The notes under the pieces are model-generated. The model saw only the letters and a program-made list of their open reading frames with translations. It had not been told where the DNA came from and made no database searches. Of a DNA stretch of 32,000 nt, positions 28,317 to 32,000 are shown one piece after another (within the stretch, counting starts at the first letter, position 1; every line of letters starts with the position of its first letter). The stretch is from Rhodococcus sp. T7 (lineage in GTDB: Bacteria; Actinomycetota; Actinomycetes; Mycobacteriales; Mycobacteriaceae). The translations under genes were made by a program, and so were the position numbers. Location: the NCBI RefSeq assembly GCF_009872365.1, contig NZ_WXYH01000111.1, positions 127,791-159,790 of the forward strand, written 5' to 3'.

Positions 28317-29606
28317 CGCACCGAGCACCTCCCCGAGGTAGAGGCCCCGCCCGCACCGCCGCAGACGGGCCCGACCTCGATCGGTGCTCGCCGGACTCGA
28401 CGGTATTGGAGCGCCAGGCTCTGGGATCGCGGCGACACCGCCGACATGACGTGGACGGAGTCGACGGAGCTCGACGAGAAGAAGCTGATCGAGTGGCGCC
28501 GGGATCTGCACGCGCATCCGGAGTTGTCGTTCGAGGAACGCCGGACCACCGGAATCGTGCGGAACCACCTCGTCGGTCTCGGACTCGAACCCGTCATGTT
28601 GCCCGGCGGCACCGGCCTGTGGTGCGACCTCGGGCCGGAGACGGGTGAATGCGTCGCCCTGCGCGCCGACCTCGACGCACTGCCGGTCGCCGAGACGACG
28701 GGTCTCCCGTTCGAGTCGACGGTCCCCGGGGTGTCGCACGCCTGCGGTCACGACGCGCACACCACGATGCTGATGGGGGCGGCGTCGGTCCTCGTCAGGC
28801 ACCCGCCGACGACCCGGGTCCGGCTCATCTTCCAACCCGCCGAGGAGACGACACCCGGCGGTTCCGTCGACACGATCGCCGCGGGAGCACTCGACGGGGT
28901 GGCGAAGATCTTCGCACTGCACTGCGACCCGCATCTCGAAGTCGGCAAGCTCGCCACCCGGACCGGGCCGATCACGTCGTCCAACGATTCCGTCACCGTG
29001 CGGTTGTGGTCGGCGGGTGGGCACACTGCGCGACCGCACCTGACCGGGGATCTGATCCACGCCGCCGCCGTCCTGGTGACGGGGCTCGCGTCCGTGCTCG
29101 ACCGACGCGTCGACGCCCGCACCGCGACGGTCCTCACCTGGGGCAAGGTGGCCGCGGGGCAGGTCGCGAACTCCGTGCCCGAGTCGGGTGAACTGGTCGG
29201 GACTCTCCGCAGCGCGTCCCGCGAGACGTGGGCCTTGCTCGAACCGCTGGTCACGGACGCGATCTGCCACCTGCTCGCCCCGTACAACGTGCGGTACGAA
29301 CTCTCCTACCGGCAAGGCGTCCCGCCCGTCGTCAACGATCCCGACTGCACCGCCGACCTGCGGGAGGCGATCGAATCGGTGGTCGGCTTCGACCACCTCG
29401 GCGAGGCCCACCAGTCCAGCGGCGGCGAGGACTTCGCCTGGTACCTGGAGAAGGTCCCGGGCGCGATGGCCAGGCTCGGCGTGTGGAACGGCACCGGCAC
29501 ACCCCAGGAGCTGCACCAGCCGGGGTTCAACCTCGACGAACGCGCCATGGTGCACGGGGTCCGGACGCTGGTCGCGCTCACCCGGCTCGAAGACGAGTCG
29601 GAGTGA
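27222..29606 (+). CDS. Single ORF fusing a GCS2-family carboxylate-amine ligase (YbdK-like) to an M20D amidohydrolase, 794 aa
   Basis: GTG 27222 has AGAGG 6 nt upstream. N-terminal half: KVGVEEEFHLID, LICGTQVHV, LALSASSPF, YFDVRPSVKLPTLELRVCD. C-terminal half: WRRDLHAHPELSFEE, SHACGHDAHT, FQPAEE. No in-frame stop occurs between them. Confidence 0.8.
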   Translation: MLVSDPRKVGVEEEFHLIDRKTRRLTTRAPELLARLPDDVYVDELQQCVVEVNSGVYADLDGLRSDLERHRTVLIDAAEGLGIGVAAAGSMPLALPAEMHVTGTQRYRRMLADYQMLAREQLICGTQVHVDLPDRDEAVQVAHRIAPHMPVLLALSASSPFRSDGADTGYASARTLLWLRWPSTGPAAPVSSAAEYSALIDDLVASGVISDPGMAYFDVRPSVKLPTLELRVCDSCPRLDTVILVAALFRALVEREVEGLRAGTKGVEVVPTLTRAALWRAARSGLEGDLVDVRFPQARPASELVGDFVNSLRPQLEQTGDWDTVVELSAEASAHGSSAARQRHALARRGRLTDVVDLLLAETAGRTEHLPEVEAPPAPPQTGPTSIGARRTRRYWSARLWDRGDTADMTWTESTELDEKKLIEWRRDLHAHPELSFEERRTTGIVRNHLVGLGLEPVMLPGGTGLWCDLGPETGECVALRADLDALPVAETTGLPFESTVPGVSHACGHDAHTTMLMGAASVLVRHPPTTRVRLIFQPAEETTPGGSVDTIAAGALDGVAKIFALHCDPHLEVGKLATRTGPITSSNDSVTVRLWSAGGHTARPHLTGDLIHAAAVLVTGLASVLDRRVDARTATVLTWGKVAAGQVANSVPESGELVGTLRSASRETWALLEPLVTDAICHLLAPYNVRYELSYRQGVPPVVNDPDCTADLREAIESVVGFDHLGEAHQSSGGEDFAWYLEKVPGAMARLGVWNGTGTPQELHQPGFNLDERAMVHGVRTLVALTRLEDESE
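28446..29606 (+). other. M20D peptidase / N-acyl-amino-acid amidohydrolase domain, aa 409-794 (begins at an internal ATG)
   Basis: A complete M20D-length unit starts at Met409 (MTWTESTELDEKKLIEWRRDLHAHPE). The metal ligand motifs HACGHD and PAEE are intact. Confidence 0.8.
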
Positions 29607-29680
29607 ACGTCAGGCCGGTTCGACGAGCATTCGGCGCCGTCTTCGCTGCCGGACGAGCACGCTGACCTGCAGGGACTTGC

Positions 29681-29926
29681 TCAGCGGCTGTGCATCTGCG
29701 GCGGATACGGGGGAGTCGGCTCCGGAATCGGCGGACCCGGAGGCGGCGTCGGCCCCGGCGGACCCGGCTGCGGTCCAGGCTCGGGCGGTGCGGGTTCCGG
29801 ACCCGGCTCCGGCGGAAACGGATGCGGCGGTGTCGGCGTCGGCGGCACGGGAGGTGGGCTCGGTGACGGCGGCACCGGCTCCGGGTCGGGCACAGGATTG
29901 CCGTGCTCGTCGCGCGCACTCGCCAT
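29681..29926 (-). CDS. Proline-rich small protein, 81 aa (about 49% Pro)
   Basis: ATG 29926 is preceded by GGAAGGTGG 7 nt upstream. The ORF is dominated by CCG codons (the preferred Pro codon in high-GC actinobacteria). No signal peptide or TM segment. The track's 100-aa version starts further upstream without an SD. Confidence 0.5.
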   Translation of the reverse strand: MASARDEHGNPVPDPEPVPPSPSPPPVPPTPTPPHPFPPEPGPEPAPPEPGPQPGPPGPTPPPGPPIPEPTPPYPPQMHSR

Positions 29927-30103
29927 CGACAGACCACCTTCCGATCGGCTGATTGAGTGGTACCCGGAACGGGCATCCCGCAATCACAGAGCTAGCTGTG
30001 GCCGCCCGGGAACAAAATGCGGGATCGGTGCGTTGTCTAGCAACCGTGCCCCGCAAGTGTGGAATTTCACGACGCGGGGAACATGAGCCAAAGGGAGGAA
30101 GTC

Positions 30104-30403
30104 ATGGCAACCGACTACGACGCACCACGGGTTACCGTCGACGATGAACTCGCCGCGGACTCGCTCGAAGAACTGAAGACACGGAGGAACGACTCGCAGT
30201 CGTCCGTCGTCGACGTCGAGGAGACCGACACGGCGGAGTCCTTCGAACTGCCCGGCGCCGACCTGTCCGGTGAGGAACTCACGGTCCGCGTCATCCCGAA
30301 GAGGGCCGACGAATTCACCTGCAGCAGTTGCTTCCTCGTCCATCATCGGTCGCGTCTCGCGTCCGAAGAGGGCGGGCAGCTGATCTGCCGCGACTGCGCA
30401 TAG
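30104..30403 (+). CDS. DUF4193 family protein (conserved actinobacterial zinc-ribbon protein), 99 aa
   Basis: Starts MATDYDAPR... with an acidic middle region and a C-terminal CSSC...CRDC zinc ribbon. SD AAGGGAGGA ends 4 nt upstream of ATG 30104. Confidence 0.8.
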   Translation: MATDYDAPRVTVDDELAADSLEELKTRRNDSQSSVVDVEETDTAESFELPGADLSGEELTVRVIPKRADEFTCSSCFLVHHRSRLASEEGGQLICRDCA

Positions 30404-30412
30404 GAGGCCCGC

Positions 30413-30847
30413 GTGGCCGACGTCAGCAGAACGTTCACCGTCGCCTCACCGCTCGGGGAAGTCGTCGCATACCTGCGTGACTTCGCGAACACCACGGCCT
30501 GGGATCCCGGGACCGAGAAGTGCGAGCAGACCACCCCCGGTCCGGTGGCGGTGGGCACCGAATGGCACAACGTGTCCTCGTTCTTCGGGCGCACCACCGA
30601 ACTCACCTACCGCATGACCCGCGACGACCCCGATCACGTCGTGTTCGAGGGTCGCAACGGAACCGCGATCACGTCGGACGACCTGTCGTTCGAGAAGGTG
30701 GACGACGCCTCGACGTCGATCACCTACCGCGCGCATCTCGAATTCACCGGTCTGGCGCGCGTCGCGGACCCCGCCGCCCGCCTCGCGTTCGAGGTGCTCG
30801 CGGCCAAGACCGTCAAACAGATGACCGGGGTTCTCGAGGCGAGGTAA
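30413..30847 (+). CDS. SRPBCC (START / polyketide cyclase-dehydrase-like) family protein, 144 aa
   Basis: GTG 30413 follows TAGGAGG, which overlaps the DUF4193 stop. Size and pattern (RTFTVASPLGEVVAYLRDFANTTAWDPG) are typical of SRPBCC ligand-binding proteins. Confidence 0.65.
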   Translation: MADVSRTFTVASPLGEVVAYLRDFANTTAWDPGTEKCEQTTPGPVAVGTEWHNVSSFFGRTTELTYRMTRDDPDHVVFEGRNGTAITSDDLSFEKVDDASTSITYRAHLEFTGLARVADPAARLAFEVLAAKTVKQMTGVLEAR

Positions 30848-30890
30848 CGATCCGCCGCACACCGGTTTTGGTCGCGCACACAATGCGCAT

Positions 30891-30921
30891 GCGGGCGCCC
30901 CGCACGATACGAGGCGCCCGC
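30891..30921. terminator. Hairpin between convergent genes (probable bidirectional terminator)
   Basis: GCGGGCGCC (30891-30899) and GGCGCCCGC (30913-30921) form a 9-bp perfect stem with a 13-nt loop. Confidence 0.45.
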
Positions 30922-30937
30922 GATACGTCGTCGCCGA

Positions 30938-32000
30938 TCAGCTGAGGTGATGCACCTCCTGCAGCCCGTACACCGGTGTCGGGATCTCCTCGTGCCGCGC
31001 CTTGAGTTGCAGGGCGAGGTACAGCGAGTAGTGCCGCGACTGGTGCAGGTTGCCGCCGTGGAACCACAGCGCTTCCTGTTGGGTGGGCTTCCACATGTTG
31101 CGCTGTTCGCCCTCCCACGGCCCGGGGTCCTTGGTGGTGTCGGAGCCGAGACCCCAGCACTTTCCGACCTTGTCGGCCACGTCCTGGCCCATGAGGTCGG
31201 CGGCCCAGCCGTTCATCGACCCGTAGCCGGTGGCGTAGACGACGAGGTCGGCAGGCAACTCGGTGCCGTCGGTGAGAACCACGGCGTCCTCGCTGAGGTG
31301 GTCGACCTGCCCGGACACCAGGTGGATGCTGCCGTCCGCGACGAGTTCGGACGCGCCGACGTCGATGTAGTAGCCGGAACCGCGGCGCAGGTACTTCATG
31401 AACAGACCGGACCCGTCGTCACCGAAATCGAGCTTGAAACCGGCCTTTTCGAGTCGCGCGTAGAAGTCTTTGTCCCGTTCGGCGATCTTCTGATACACCG
31501 GGATCTGGAACTCGTGCATGATCCTGTACGGCAGCGACGCGAACGTGAGGTCTGCCTTCTCCGTCGTCATGCCCGCCGCGAGCGCGCGCTCCGAGTAGAG
31601 GTCGCCGAGGCCGAGGTCCATCAGCGAATCCGACTTCACGATGTGCGTGGACGACCGTTGCAGCATCGTCACGTCGGCGCCGGTCTCGAAGAGCGCCTTG
31701 CAGATGTCGTGCGCCGAGTTGTTTGCCCCGACGACGACGACGCGCTTGTCGACGTACGCGTCCGGGCCGGGGTGCCGGCTCGAATGGTGCTGTTCGCCGC
31801 GGAAGACGTCCTGGCCGGGGAACGTCGGAACGTTCGGTTTGCCCGACATGCCGGTGGCGAGCACCAATTGCTTCGGGTGCAGCACCACCTCTTCGCCGTC
31901 GCGGTCGAGGACGACGGTCCACTCCTTCGTCTCTTCGTCGAACTTCGCAGACGTGCACGTGGTGGACGCCCAGTACGGAATCTCCATCACCTTCGTGTAC
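30938..32000 (-). CDS. Flavin-containing (class B, FMO/BVMO-like) NAD(P)H-dependent monooxygenase, C-terminal part; 5' end beyond window
   Basis: Second dinucleotide-binding region VVVVGANNSAHDI, plus LVLATGMSGKP and VVYATGY motifs. The frame stays open to the window edge; the track's Met at 31990 is internal. Confidence 0.78.
   Translation of the reverse strand, partial: YTKVMEIPYWASTTCTSAKFDEETKEWTVVLDRDGEEVVLHPKQLVLATGMSGKPNVPTFPGQDVFRGEQHHSSRHPGPDAYVDKRVVVVGANNSAHDICKALFETGADVTMLQRSSTHIVKSDSLMDLGLGDLYSERALAAGMTTEKADLTFASLPYRIMHEFQIPVYQKIAERDKDFYARLEKAGFKLDFGDDGSGLFMKYLRRGSGYYIDVGASELVADGSIHLVSGQVDHLSEDAVVLTDGTELPADLVVYATGYGSMNGWAADLMGQDVADKVGKCWGLGSDTTKDPGPWEGEQRNMWKPTQQEALWFHGGNLHQSRHYSLYLALQLKARHEEIPTPVYGLQEVHHLS

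Noticed and set aside
25050-29555. 505-aa (25050-26567) and 933-aa (26754-29555) minus-strand ORFs
   Set aside because: They are antisense to ggt and to the GCS2::M20D ORF, with low-complexity Arg/Gly/Asp-rich translations and no recognisable motifs.
29188-30056. Plus-strand ORFs (254 aa at 29188-29952, 145 aa at 29228-29665) and Arg-rich minus-strand ORFs (132 aa at 29578-29976, 148 aa at 29610-30056) around the Pro-rich gene
   Set aside because: These are alternative frames of the M20D 3' end and of the CCG-repeat region. They lack an SD and have a biased Arg/Ala/Gly composition. Only the Pro frame has a strong SD-ATG, and even that is given moderate confidence.

Overview
High-GC actinobacterial chromosome, Corynebacteriales-like (Rhodococcus/Nocardia/Mycobacterium style: DUF732- and DUF3558-like lipoproteins, DUF4193, long-form LeuA). 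All calls come from reading the sequence and ORF translations; no database search was run.

Gene order:
- Partial multidomain acyl-CoA carboxylase (BC + BCCP, then at least 386 more codons running off the left edge).
- ctaD.
- leuA, preceded by a leader-peptide (Leu-Leu-Leu) attenuator.
- An internally duplicated Cys-patterned lipoprotein and an NTF2-like protein.
- Pirin and a DUF732-like lipoprotein.
- One 3525-aa bimodular type I PKS.
- A divergent PrmC-related methyltransferase.
- A Cys-rich HTH regulator divergent from a DoxX-like membrane protein.
- A FUSC-type membrane protein and a gamma-glutamyltransferase lipoprotein.
- A single ORF joining a GCS2 carboxylate-amine ligase to an M20 amidohydrolase.
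- A roughly 49% proline mini-protein, DUF4193, an SRPBCC protein, and a partial flavin monooxygenase.

Most interesting observations:
1. The stand-alone PKS is KS-AT(methylmalonyl)-DH-KR-ACP-KS-AT(malonyl)-DH(dead)-KR-ACP. It has docking-type termini at both ends and no loading module, ER or TE, and the window holds no partner PKS. This resembles the intermolecularly iterative Pks12 layout, minus the enoylreductases.
2. The GCS2::M20 in-frame fusion sits directly after ggt, joined by a linker whose codon usage looks like a former intergenic spacer.
3. Two inverted copies of a roughly 44-nt palindromic REP-like element bracket the pirin-lipoprotein-PKS-methyltransferase block.

The many long ORFs antisense or out of frame to these genes are high-GC artefacts. 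No tRNA, rRNA, CRISPR, transposase or integrase was seen.
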